NCBI GenBank assembly: GCA_964387885.1
Contig: CAYLYZ010000016.1
Coordinates: forward strand, 3,352-67,351
Direction of reading: 5' to 3'
Origin: an uncultured bacterium
GTDB taxonomy: Bacteria > Electryoneota > AABM5-125-24 > Hatepunaeales > Hatepunaeaceae
Length of the DNA stretch: 64,000 nucleotides
Part shown: one piece after another, positions 37,311 to 46,841 of the stretch
Layout: each line of letters starts with the position of its first letter
How positions within the stretch are numbered: the stretch's first letter is position 1
Program-made: the position numbers and the translations under genes
The notes under the pieces: model-generated
Databases searched by the model: none
What the model was told of the DNA's origin: nothing
The model's input: only the letters and a program-made list of their open reading frames with translations

Positions 37311-37771
37311 CTCTTTGCCTTTTACAGCTAATTCGTTTATCTTTGCAGGATATCGAAAGGTAATATGAGGAGTGGTGTATTTCAATGGTGAAAGTTTAAA
37401 GATAGTAGAAAGGTACGAAATATTCTTTTAAAGAGAAGTGTTCGCGATCACTGTTTTTCAGGACAAAATTTCGTTTATTTATATTAAAGCCAGCGCACTA
37501 ATCGATATTCGATTCTTATATAGATTAACTGTGAGCCGGCAAATACTCACAGTAGTTTCGTCAATTAACATGGAGGAAACGATCAATGATACAGATACAG
37601 AAGGGCTCGTCCCCCTCTTAGGGAGCCTACTGTCTACGATACTAATACAGGCTTAGCCGCCCTGTAGGTGTCTTTACGGAGATACCTTAAGGTGGGGAAT
37701 AACCCTGAAATCCTACGATCTCGGAAAAGGGTCGGTTCGATTTGTCTGAGCCGACCCCGAGCTCAAAAACA

Positions 37772-37799
37772 AGCGCATTTATGCGCTGTTTTTGTTTTT
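37772..37799. terminator. bidirectional hairpin terminator
   Basis: AGCGCA-TTTA-TGCGCT, with GTTTTTGTTTTT on the plus strand and TGTTTTTGAG on the minus strand. Confidence 0.5.
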
Positions 37800-37890
37800 G
37801 GGATCAGCTGACAAACGGGGAGGACGGAAATATCTTTCCGTTTAGCGAATTAAGTTCTACAAAATTGTCATGAAAAACAAAAAAATGTTT

Positions 37891-38008
37891 AAAAGGCAGT
37901 TTTTTGTATAATCGAACAAGGGCACGTGCGACGTGCCCCTACATTGTGCGTTATTAATTACTTATATCGGAGGTAGAGGTGGAATATATCCCGAACATTG
38001 GGTGCCCG
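37891..38008. repeat. duplicate of the 3-prime end of the O-antigen ligase-like gene plus its REP
   Basis: Aligns by eye with 38127-38243, including GGGCACGTGCGACGTGCCCCTAC and the last ~18 codons of the gene. The copies are offset by 236 bp. Confidence 0.65.
37920..37942 (-). repeat. GTAGGGGC-type REP (ACGT variant)
   Basis: GGGCACGTGCGACGTGCCCCTAC. Confidence 0.75.
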
Positions 38009-38070
38009 TCAGGCGTCCCCGCCTGACAGAAAAACAACGACTTAACCATCAGGTGAGGACACCTGACGGG
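38005..38070. repeat. GTCAGG hairpin doublet
   Basis: CCCGTCAGGCGTCCCCGCCTGAC, spacer AGAAAAACAACGACTTAACC, then ATCAGGTGAGGACACCTGACGGG. Confidence 0.7.
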
Positions 38071-38155
38071 CAAATTTTAGAATCTCGGACACACTGAAGT
38101 GGTTTTGTGCGAGCTTAGGATATGAAAAAATGGCAGGTTTCAGACAATCTAACAA

Positions 38156-38178
38156 GGGCACGTGCGACGTGCCCCTAC
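38156..38178 (-). repeat. GTAGGGGC-type REP (ACGT variant)
   Basis: GGGCACGTGCGACGTGCCCCTAC, 12 nt below the stop of the ligase-like gene. Confidence 0.75.
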
Positions 38179-38189
38179 ATTATGCGTTA

Positions 38190-39401
38190 TCAATTACTTA
38201 TATTGGATAGGGAGGTGGAATTTATCCCGAACATTATTCCAGCTGAAAACCAGAAGAGGTTGGCTACTTCAGCATCAGCAAGGTAATTCTGGAAAAGACC
38301 AGCAACAAGAACAGATCCGACTACAGCCATGCCTGAGATAAGAAGCCATCTTGTCTGGTGATCTTTGGGAGTATTAAGGATAAGTTTTGTGCCCTTGATA
38401 AAGAATATGATCCACACCCCGATAAAACATAGCATAGTTAGAATACCACCATCCACTGCAATGGTAATCATGTCGTTATGCGGATGAGAATGATTGTCGT
38501 AATATCCCGGGACTTTATACTCTTCGAATAAATGAAGGAAGTTGCTCTGCCCTACTCCCAGCAATGGGTGATCCTGTATCATGGCTGCGGAAGTCTGCCA
38601 TAAACGCAGCCTTGTTGTTTCGGCCTCATCTCCTCCCTTAAAAGTCTTCATAAACCGATCTGACATTCCCGGCATAACTACAAGCATACCGATCAATCCA
38701 ACAACTGCAAAAATAATTAGAATTATTTTCATCTTCCGAGTTGCAACAAGGAAAAATACCAGAAACGCTGCTCCCAGACCTAGAATTGCGCTGCGTGCAT
38801 AGCTTGCTACTAATCCGATTCCGCTGACTATTGTCATTATAACTAAATACATCTGGTACTTTCTCAGTTTTGAGAAGAGCAGACAGGTTATTGCGGTAAC
38901 AAAGATAATCAACGCTACTCCACCATAGGTGAGGTGGTGTGAAAACAACCCAAGTGCCATGTACCCACCGCTTACTGGCTCAAGTTCCTTTGCACGGATG
39001 ATATCGTATCCAGTGATAAATTGTACAATGGCATAAGCAGCCATAACAGATCCAACGATAACCTGAATCAACATCGAGCGAGTTATAACATTCAGGCTGC
39101 CCGATAGTCCAAGAGCTACAAAATAGGCTGAGACAACCCACTTATCCTCGAAAAATCCTGCGACATTTACAGGATAATTCGATGTTATTGTTGCCGTCAA
39201 GTACATTCCGAGATAGATCAGAAGAGGTATTGTGATCCCGCCTGTAATAATTTTCCTTACACTTGAATCCACAATCAGTTTTCTAATCACCAATAATAAA
39301 CCAAATCCAAGGCCGAGATTCGCCGGAGCAAGTCCTATTGGCAGTGCGGCTGCTGTGAATATTAAAGTTCCGGCTTCGATCTTTTCCCAGTTTAGTCTCA
39401 T
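38190..39401 (-). CDS. O-antigen ligase / O-antigen polymerase (Wzy_C) family membrane protein
   Basis: About 11 TM helices and a periplasmic loop with GDEAETTRLRLWQTS...HPLLGVGQSNF...HSHPHND, typical of the Wzy_C family. Confidence 0.75.
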   Translation of the reverse strand: MRLNWEKIEAGTLIFTAAALPIGLAPANLGLGFGLLLVIRKLIVDSSVRKIITGGITIPLLIYLGMYLTATITSNYPVNVAGFFEDKWVVSAYFVALGLSGSLNVITRSMLIQVIVGSVMAAYAIVQFITGYDIIRAKELEPVSGGYMALGLFSHHLTYGGVALIIFVTAITCLLFSKLRKYQMYLVIMTIVSGIGLVASYARSAILGLGAAFLVFFLVATRKMKIILIIFAVVGLIGMLVVMPGMSDRFMKTFKGGDEAETTRLRLWQTSAAMIQDHPLLGVGQSNFLHLFEEYKVPGYYDNHSHPHNDMITIAVDGGILTMLCFIGVWIIFFIKGTKLILNTPKDHQTRWLLISGMAVVGSVLVAGLFQNYLADAEVANLFWFSAGIMFGINSTSLSNISN

Positions 39402-40495
39402 GCCAGGAGGTCTCCCTCGGAGTTGATCTTTGAATACAAATCTAATGAAGCCCCTAAAACTTCAGAAACTTCCAATGATGCTACGTCTTCCCCTTTCTCA
39501 GCCAAAACAGCCGCAAATTGTACGCTGAGAGGATAAAAACGGTCATAAACATCGTGATCCCCATTGTATAAGACGGAAACCGGAATCTTTCGCGCAATTG
39601 CAGCATGGACTATACCGGTATCGGGACTTATTAGCATTTCTGTCCTTGCAATAACCGCGACAGCATCCATGAAAGACTTTGTTTCGATCTTTTCGGCATA
39701 ATCAAACTTTCCAGCAAGCTCGTCACATTGCTCTCTCTCCTGCGGAGCACTGAGTATTATGATCGAAATCCCCGGTTTGGCATCTTTTATCCGGGTTATC
39801 AACTCTGACCATTTAGGCGATGTCCAGAGACGACGAGGATTTGAGGCTGAAAGGTTAATGGAAATCAACGGACTGTTCCCTGCTAATCCGGAGATACTCT
39901 CCCCTGCCATTCTCTCAGACTCGGAATCTTTACCAATATAGATATCGGTATTGGCTTCCTCTGGATTACGCTTGAGTGGTGAGATCAGCTTCAGAATGGT
40001 GTGCACCCTGTGGTCTTTTTGGTCGTTATGTTTAACAGGATGTGTGAGTTGAGCGTTGTGACCGGGATGTTCAAGTCCAATCTTTATCGGGGCACCTGAG
40101 AGCACCATTAACATGCTTTCAGTAAAGGCTGGGTGAGGTTTTGGTAGAAAAACGATCTCCGGTCTAAATCTTACGATTTCAATAATTGAAACAAACCAGC
40201 CGGGGAGTTTTTTATATAAGAATACCCGATCAACTATCGGATCAACTGAGGCAACATCCAGGCTGGGTTTCGTAACGACTACGCCAATTTCTGTTTCAGG
40301 AAAATTACTGCGGATTTCACGGATCAGAGGGGTCACCATCAGGTAATCACCACGCAGTACCGGTGCAAGGATCATTACTTTTTTAGGTGCAGAGTGGATT
40401 TCTGGCGAATCTCCCATCTTTCCCGATGAGATCTTCGCCAGGAATTTAAATAGGATTCCCCGCCAATAGGGTCGCGAGAAGAATTTGTCAGCCAT
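39398..40495 (-). CDS. GT9-family glycosyltransferase (LPS heptosyltransferase-like)
   Basis: KKVMILAPVLRGDYLMVTPLIREI start, C-terminal LISPDTGIVHAAIA, and a 4-nt overlap with the ligase-like gene. Confidence 0.8.
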   Translation of the reverse strand: MADKFFSRPYWRGILFKFLAKISSGKMGDSPEIHSAPKKVMILAPVLRGDYLMVTPLIREIRSNFPETEIGVVVTKPSLDVASVDPIVDRVFLYKKLPGWFVSIIEIVRFRPEIVFLPKPHPAFTESMLMVLSGAPIKIGLEHPGHNAQLTHPVKHNDQKDHRVHTILKLISPLKRNPEEANTDIYIGKDSESERMAGESISGLAGNSPLISINLSASNPRRLWTSPKWSELITRIKDAKPGISIIILSAPQEREQCDELAGKFDYAEKIETKSFMDAVAVIARTEMLISPDTGIVHAAIARKIPVSVLYNGDHDVYDRFYPLSVQFAAVLAEKGEDVASLEVSEVLGASLDLYSKINSEGDLLA

Positions 40496-40520
40496 GTCTC
40501 ACTCTTGTTGCGGGAGGTAA

Positions 40521-40544
40521 GGGCGAATGATTATTCACCCCTAC
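40521..40544 (-). repeat. GTAGGGG-type REP (AATAAT variant) overlapping the glnS stop codon
   Basis: Plus strand GGGCGAATGATTATTCACCCCTAC. On the minus strand, the TAG of the GTAG head is the glnS stop (40543-40541). Confidence 0.75.
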
Positions 40545-42238
40545 TTTTTTGCCTGCTTCTGAATTCTCGCCCATGTGTCTCTGAGGGTTGTTGTCCTGTT
40601 AAAGACAAGATGATCCGGAGATGAATCAAACTCATCGATGCAGAAATAGCCCTGCCGTTCAAACTGGCAATTATACCCTGGTGCTTCGTCTTTCAGGCTC
40701 GGTTCGAGTTTAGCTTCTGTAATGACTTCGAGCGAATCCGGATTTATGTTTGTTTTCCAGTCAACTCCTTCCTCGACCGCTTCGGGATTTTCTGCGGTGA
40801 AGAGATGGCTGAAAAGTCTGACTTCAGCATTCACAGCATGTGCTGCTGAAACCCAGTGCAACGTTGCTTTCACTTTCCTGCCATCGGGTGAATTTCCACC
40901 ACGGGATGCAGGATCATAAGTGCAATGCAGCTCGGTGATTTCTCCAGTGTTTTCGTCTTTAACAAAATCAACACATTTGATGAAATATCCATAGCGAAGC
41001 CTCACTTCCCTGCCCGGTCCAAGGCGGAAGAATTTCTTTGGCGGATCCTCCATGAAATCCGCTCGTTCTATGTAGAGCTCCTTTGAGAAAGGCACTTTGC
41101 GCGTTCCTGCTGATTCGTCTTCAGGATTGTTGATAGCATCCATTTCTTCAACGAGATCATCCGGGTAGTTATCGATAATCACCTTGAGCGGGTTAAGAAC
41201 TGCCATTCTACGAGGAGCTGTTTTATTAAGGTTCTCGCGGACGCTGTGCTCAAGCAGTGCAAAATCGACGGTGCTGTTATGTTTGGCAACGCCTGTCAGA
41301 TCGAGGAAATTCCGAATAGATTTGGGAGTATAACCTCGTCTGCGCATTCCGGAAATCGTCGGCATACGTGGATCATCCCAATCGCTAACATGGCCTTCAT
41401 CAACCAATTGGGTCAATTTCCGTTTTGAAACAACGGTATAGTTAATACTCATTCTTCCAAATTCGATTTGCTGCGGGTGAAAAATCTCGAGCTCATCAAT
41501 GTACCAGTCATATAGAGGACGATGATCTTCAAACTCAATAGTGCATATAGAATGGGTAATACCTTCAATAGAATCTGACTGACCATGTGTAAAATCGTAG
41601 GTTGGATAGATACACCATTTGTCCCCAGTCCTATGATGCGAAGCACGCAATATCCTGTACATAACCGGATCGCGCATATTCATGTTACCAGAAAACATGT
41701 CAATTTTGGCTCTCAGTACCCTCGTTCCATCCGGAAATTCACCGGCTTTCATGCGTTCAAAGAGATCGAGATTTTCTACAACTGAGCGGTTTCGATATGG
41801 GCTGTTAGTCCCGGATTCAGTCAGGGTTCCTCTTGTTTCCCTCATCTCATCTGGACTTAAATCACAGACAAAAGCACTGCCCTTATTGATAAGTTTTACA
41901 GCATATTCGTAGAGTTGATCAAAATAATCCGAAGCGAAAAATAGCCTGTCCTGCCAATCAAATCCGAGCCACTTTATATCTTCGATAATTTTCTCAACAT
42001 AAAGCGTTTCTTCTTTAAGTGGATTTGTGTCGTCAAACCGAAGGTTGTAAAGCCCATTGAACTCCTCAGCCAGACCGTAGCTCAGGCATATTGCCTTGGC
42101 GTGACCAATATGCAGATAGCCGTTAGGTTCCGGTGGAAAACGGGTGTGGACTCGACCTTCGTTTTTGTTGTTCTCTCTATCCGCAATTATGATATTCCGG
42201 ATAAAGTTTGATGGTGTTGTGTTTTCTGTCTCTTTCAT
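40541..42238 (-). CDS. glnS: glutamine--tRNA ligase
   Basis: [17 protein letters not shown] (HIGH motif), VVSKRKL (KMSKS-type motif), and a GlnRS-type C-terminal anticodon-binding region. 565 aa. Confidence 0.95.
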   Translation of the reverse strand: MKETENTTPSNFIRNIIIADRENNKNEGRVHTRFPPEPNGYLHIGHAKAICLSYGLAEEFNGLYNLRFDDTNPLKEETLYVEKIIEDIKWLGFDWQDRLFFASDYFDQLYEYAVKLINKGSAFVCDLSPDEMRETRGTLTESGTNSPYRNRSVVENLDLFERMKAGEFPDGTRVLRAKIDMFSGNMNMRDPVMYRILRASHHRTGDKWCIYPTYDFTHGQSDSIEGITHSICTIEFEDHRPLYDWYIDELEIFHPQQIEFGRMSINYTVVSKRKLTQLVDEGHVSDWDDPRMPTISGMRRRGYTPKSIRNFLDLTGVAKHNSTVDFALLEHSVRENLNKTAPRRMAVLNPLKVIIDNYPDDLVEEMDAINNPEDESAGTRKVPFSKELYIERADFMEDPPKKFFRLGPGREVRLRYGYFIKCVDFVKDENTGEITELHCTYDPASRGGNSPDGRKVKATLHWVSAAHAVNAEVRLFSHLFTAENPEAVEEGVDWKTNINPDSLEVITEAKLEPSLKDEAPGYNCQFERQGYFCIDEFDSSPDHLVFNRTTTLRDTWARIQKQAKK

Positions 42239-42381
42239 TTTTCGCTTTTCCGTTTATGTTTTGTCTGTATTTCTACAGAATTGTCTTTACTTAATTAGGT
42301 TTTAGTGTATTAATCAAAATGCTTGCATTTAAGCACTGTAACAGTACTTAAAAGTATTTTCATCCCCAAAAACCACCTAAC

Positions 42382-42552
42382 CGTCATTCCGGCGAACGCC
42401 GGAATCCAGAGGAACAACCTAAGCTTAAAGTTCTGTATACTCCGTTCAGTTACCTTTAAGCATAAATAATAAAATAAGATAAGATAAGCTCGCAAAAGGA
42501 TACATTCATCTGTTTGGAACTTCTCTGGATTCTGGCGTTCGCCAGAATGACG
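42382..42552. repeat. inverted doublet of the GGAATGACG hairpin family
   Basis: CGTCATTCCGGCGAACGCCGGAATCC (42382-42407) faces GGATTCTGGCGTTCGCCAGAATGACG (42527-42552). Relatives lie at 16792-16817 and 46171-46196. Confidence 0.7.
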
Positions 42553-42693
42553 TCGTGATCGAAGCATCTACACACCCATGAATTTCTTCTTGTTGCATTG
42601 GACAGGAGCAAACTATTTCCCTGAAATCGGTAAATATCCTTACACCTGAGCACCAACTCTCACATTTCAAATCATTCGTTTATTCAACAAATC

Positions 42694-44139
42694 CTACCTA
42701 ATTAACATCACACTCTTTGAGCTTATTTCCTTTTGTGCCTCAAGCTTGATCAAATACTGTCCTGAAGGGACATCTCCTGCATCCCAAATAAACTGGTGTT
42801 TCCCCGCATGTTTGTACATGTGTTCAAACAGATCAAGTTTCCTTCCCATCAAATCATACACTCCAAGTTTGATACTCATTCTTTTGGGAAGTGTATAGTT
42901 GATTGTGGTTGATGAATTGAAAGGATTTGGATAAATATCATGCAATAGAATCTCACCTGGATAATAAACCTCCGGAGGCTCGTTTATCCCATTCAACACC
43001 GGATCTGGTCCTGTTTTTACTATCCAGAAGTTATTTACAATTTCACCACAAAATGCATAACTATCATTTTCAATGGTAAATCCAGCAATGCAGCTTTCTT
43101 CCGCTGCAATGCCTAGAAACAACTCCCAAAGCATGTTCCCAGCGGAATCTGTTCTTACTATAAAAAAATCATCTCCAAATTGATGAGATCTATCAGGTGA
43201 TCCACCTTCACCGACAGCAATAAATCCATGGTCATTTGTTTCAAATACTGAATAACATACGTTGCTCCTAATATATCCAAATTGACTTTCCCATTCCATT
43301 TCACCCAGAGAGTCTGTTTTAACCACCCAATAATTACCTTCAAAATTATCAATAAGCGTTTTACCACCAAGAAAATACCCGCCATCTTCGGTTTGAATCA
43401 GCGTTTCTCCCCTGTCAGTGGCCACTGTCCCATAAGTCTCCTGCCACTCGATCTCACCACGTTCATCCGTTTTGACAAGATAAAAATCATGCATCCCAGC
43501 ACCTAAGGAGGAAGTCCTGCCGGTTGCTGCATATCCACCATCCCTCGTCATAACAACGGATTTCAAGTTTGAGCTACCACCATATCCACGAATCCATTGA
43601 AGTTCACCGTTTTTATCAAGTTTCAAGAGGCGTCCGGAACCACCTTCAACCTCTCCTCCCCCCAAACCGCAAACTATACATCCTGAATCCGGTGTTGCAG
43701 CAACATCATATAACTCTCTGGTAACACTCGGGAATACAACTGACCAGAGCGAGTCTCCATTTTCTGTTACCCTCATTACCCAGCCATTATACGTACCATG
43801 ATCTCCATATGAATTGGTCTCACCCACAAATACTATACTGCTATCAGTCATTTCAGATATGCCATAAATCTGATCTCGCAATCTTCTCTCCTGTATTTCA
43901 CGTCCATACAAACGCTCCCAGACTTTTTCCCCATCGGAATCAATCCGCATCACTAGCGCCTGGGAAGTGCCCCTAATTGTACTATATCCAGCAAGAAGTA
44001 TTTCATATTCATTTGTAATGCAGGCTGCCCGGCACTCGTCGTTCTGCCACCTGTAATCATATATGCCTGACCAGAGAGAATCGGGCTGGGCATATATAAG
44101 CTTTGACAGAATCAGGAATATGAATATGGCTCTTTTCAA
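42694..44139 (-). CDS. secreted beta-propeller-type repeat protein with T9SS C-terminal domain
   Basis: Signal peptide. Roughly 50-aa repeats (DG..W...YG). C-terminus YPNPFNSSTTINYTL...GQYLIKLEA. Confidence 0.65.
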   Translation of the reverse strand: MKRAIFIFLILSKLIYAQPDSLWSGIYDYRWQNDECRAACITNEYEILLAGYSTIRGTSQALVMRIDSDGEKVWERLYGREIQERRLRDQIYGISEMTDSSIVFVGETNSYGDHGTYNGWVMRVTENGDSLWSVVFPSVTRELYDVAATPDSGCIVCGLGGGEVEGGSGRLLKLDKNGELQWIRGYGGSSNLKSVVMTRDGGYAATGRTSSLGAGMHDFYLVKTDERGEIEWQETYGTVATDRGETLIQTEDGGYFLGGKTLIDNFEGNYWVVKTDSLGEMEWESQFGYIRSNVCYSVFETNDHGFIAVGEGGSPDRSHQFGDDFFIVRTDSAGNMLWELFLGIAAEESCIAGFTIENDSYAFCGEIVNNFWIVKTGPDPVLNGINEPPEVYYPGEILLHDIYPNPFNSSTTINYTLPKRMSIKLGVYDLMGRKLDLFEHMYKHAGKHQFIWDAGDVPSGQYLIKLEAQKEISSKSVMLIR

Positions 44140-44332
44140 TATAAAACTCGAATTGTGCTCATTTTCTTTTGAAAGTTTTTTCGGTTGCTATTTGTCTGGA
44201 TTCTGTTCTCTGCGATTCACAGCGGAAACGATTACCCGGTTGCCAGTGTGTCCGAGAATAACACAAAGCAAGAATTTCATTCTTGCTCCTCATTCACGTG
44301 AAACGGGAATCCGGAATTTTCAACAGCTTACT

Positions 44333-44360
44333 GGATTCCCAATCAAGTTGGGAATGAGGA
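44333..44360. repeat. GGATTCCCAAT...TTGGGAATGAGGA hairpin family
   Basis: GGATTCCCAATCAAGTTGGGAATGAGGA. A second copy is at 48594-48621 (GGATTCCCAATCGAGTTGGGAATGAGGA). Confidence 0.7.
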
Positions 44361-44415
44361 GAGATTGAGACATTCTGCATTCTCAGACACACTGGTGCGC
44401 GGGAATGACAGATAC

Positions 44416-46089
44416 TTACTTTATCAGGCAAATCTTTTTTACAATTCTCTCTTCCGTATTCAAGCTCACAAAGAAAATCCCTGCGGGATATCCGGTTGCG
44501 TCGAATTCTAATTTGTGAATTCCGGCTGAATATTCTCTATTCGTCAGGCTTTTTAATGTCTCTCCGGAAATGCTCAGTATGTTCAGACTTACTTTAGATG
44601 TATACTGCAGTTCAAACTCGATTTGAAGTTTTGAGTTGAACGGATTTGGGTAGCATCTCAGAATACTGAAATCTGCGGGAACCGAAACATCCGGTTCAAC
44701 GGCTCTATGTCCCACAGGAACGATAAAAGTGCTTATCGAATTGGATACTATCTCGACTTCAAAACCATTATCATCATATTGAAGCGCATCCTGTTCGCCA
44801 TAATTCTCGCGTGCAGATGTTCTGATATGTTCAATTTCACCAGAAATCAACTCCAAATTGAAATTAGTCGCAATCGCTTCTTCAGTCCTGTTAAACGCAA
44901 CAATTACAATATCATCTTCATACCTGAACCCGGCAGTTAACAGGTTTTCGTCGTCACTTTCGGTTTCAATCCTGATTGACCCTTGTGGGATATTGTTTGT
45001 CCATTGCTTCATGCAGTGGTAGCGCGGGAAGACTTCAACTTCATTGGTGCGTGGTGCTAAAGAGATCACCCCTTGTGATTTGTTCTGTTCCGATTCATCC
45101 GGGTGGATGTATTGCCAGTAATGCCATGCCGTAACATTTCCCTGAGTTACCGCTGTCCACATAAGTAATGCAACTTTTAGTCCTTCCACGATATCTTCAG
45201 TCGCCTGATTATTCCCTCCGATAAACATCTCCGTTTCCCAGACCGGGACATTGTACTCGGCAGCCATATTTCTCAATCCTGCCCAATCATCTGCCGGACC
45301 GGTTCCATAGACAATCAACTGGTCGCCATACTGATGTGTTGTAATCTTATCTAAGTATGAAGTTGCAACCGAGTCGGCAAAGGTCACGGGTAGATATCTT
45401 GTTAAACAACCTCTGTCCCCGGTAATGTGACCACTTTCAGGTCCGATCAGCATTACATCACCCAGGTCATTTTCTTCAAAAGTCCGACCAACGATACTCA
45501 GAATATCCCGATAAGCCTTTGGTGAAGTTGAAGTCGATTCATAATTTACGTTGTTATGAGGCCAGCCCGGTTCGTTGAAGATGCTGACAGCGTCGATTGT
45601 TATATCATAGTCGCTTCTCATGTGCGAGATGTAGTATGTCAGATAATCCGCGTAATCCTGGTAATGCTCCTCGAGAACATTACCGGCATGTCGAGCATCG
45701 TTGTTGTCTTTCATCCAACCGGGTGGGCTTGATACTTTCAACCAGATTGTGTTGATTTTTCCGCGTTCGAGTGCTTCAGTTACGATCATACGCTGAATTG
45801 CCATGCATCCCCAGTTGTAATCTCCATCTTCCTCGGTTTGGAAATCCGAATATAGCCTTATGCAGAGGATGTTAGTTCCAAGATCATCGTATACTAAATC
45901 GAAGGCTCTTTCACGTTCATCCGCAGGCATCCTCCCAATTCTCTCTTCGTAGAAATTGGAAGATGCGCCCCAGCCTTCCATTGTCTGGTATTCGATTTCG
46001 GGATCAACGACAATTTCAGCTGAAAAAGCTGGGATAGAAACCGCCAGAATCAACAGACAGGATGCAAATCTAATTATCTTTCGAAACAT
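44416..46089 (-). CDS. clan GH-A glycoside hydrolase (GH30/GH5-like) with T9SS C-terminal domain
   Basis: GGAG RBS before the ATG at 46089 and a signal peptide. MEGWGASSNF, FNEPGWP (acid/base Glu context), VWETEM (nucleophile Glu context). C-terminus YPNPFNSKLQIEF. Confidence 0.6.
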   Translation of the reverse strand: MFRKIIRFASCLLILAVSIPAFSAEIVVDPEIEYQTMEGWGASSNFYEERIGRMPADERERAFDLVYDDLGTNILCIRLYSDFQTEEDGDYNWGCMAIQRMIVTEALERGKINTIWLKVSSPPGWMKDNNDARHAGNVLEEHYQDYADYLTYYISHMRSDYDITIDAVSIFNEPGWPHNNVNYESTSTSPKAYRDILSIVGRTFEENDLGDVMLIGPESGHITGDRGCLTRYLPVTFADSVATSYLDKITTHQYGDQLIVYGTGPADDWAGLRNMAAEYNVPVWETEMFIGGNNQATEDIVEGLKVALLMWTAVTQGNVTAWHYWQYIHPDESEQNKSQGVISLAPRTNEVEVFPRYHCMKQWTNNIPQGSIRIETESDDENLLTAGFRYEDDIVIVAFNRTEEAIATNFNLELISGEIEHIRTSARENYGEQDALQYDDNGFEVEIVSNSISTFIVPVGHRAVEPDVSVPADFSILRCYPNPFNSKLQIEFELQYTSKVSLNILSISGETLKSLTNREYSAGIHKLEFDATGYPAGIFFVSLNTEERIVKKICLIK

Positions 46090-46230
46090 ACGAACTCCAT
46101 TCAAGTTATCGACGATCTTTGAGTCAGTTGACTCCCGAAGCATTTGAAATACTCACTTTTTCAGATTGCACGTCGTTCCCGCGAAGGCGGGAGTCCAGTA
46201 GGCAATTGTGTTTTATTAGTTAATCTACCA

Positions 46231-46291
46231 GTCAGGTGTCCTCATCCTGACAGTTAAGTTGTTGTTTTTCCGTCAGGTGAGGACGCTTGAC
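46231..46291. repeat. GTCAGGTG hairpin doublet, spacer inverted relative to 38005
   Basis: GTCAGGTGTCCTCATCCTGAC, spacer AGTTAAGTTGTTGTTTTTCC, then GTCAGGTGAGGACGCTTGAC. Confidence 0.7.
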
Positions 46292-46503
46292 GGGCACTCG
46301 TAGTGCATTTCAATTTTCCACAGATATCATTTTACAGAAGTTGTTGTTATTTAAGAAATCCGCTATCCAGCGGATTAACAAGCAGGAATGCTTGTTCCAC
46401 CTACATCAAATTCTCTGACAATCTGGATCGCAAGTATGACGGTGCGATGATAGTCTCTATCTGCACACGAAATAACACTTACCGCAAAGATTCAGAAATA
46501 AAT

Positions 46504-46532
46504 GGCAGACGAGGGCGTCTGCCAACGCGATT
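46504..46532. repeat. GGCAGACG hairpin family
   Basis: GGCAGACGAGGGCGTCTGCCAACGCGATT. Confidence 0.7.
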
Positions 46533-46748
46533 CTGATATTACTATCAATCCTGAGATTGACGGATTCTTAAATTAACAACAACTTACATAGAATCCGCTT
46601 TGCCGCGGATGGTCGGACAAGAATGGCTGACCTACTGATTCGATCTCTGATTAACTGAACTCCGCTCTATGCAAGGTGAATTAATCTAAATCTACTTTCG
46701 TGAAAAGGCAAGTTTTGTGCCTAAGCTAAATCAATAAACTGCAGAGTA

Positions 46749-46787
46749 CAAAAATACAATCGGGGACGTAATGCTACGTCCCCGATT
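46749..46787 (-). terminator. rho-independent terminator of citrate synthase
   Basis: On the minus strand, AATCGGGGACGTA-GCAT-TACGTCCCCGATT (a 13-bp stem) followed by GTATTTTTGT. Confidence 0.6.
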
Positions 46788-46841
46788 ATCTAATCAGTTA
46801 AACTGATCTGCTATTTCATCAGGTTTATAGCATCGTTCAAA

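Noticed and set aside
37438-37656. 72-aa plus-strand ORF in the structured intergenic region.
   Set aside because: It has a non-ATG start, no RBS and no recognisable motif, and it overlaps predicted hairpins. The region is reported instead as a possible RNA or terminator segment.
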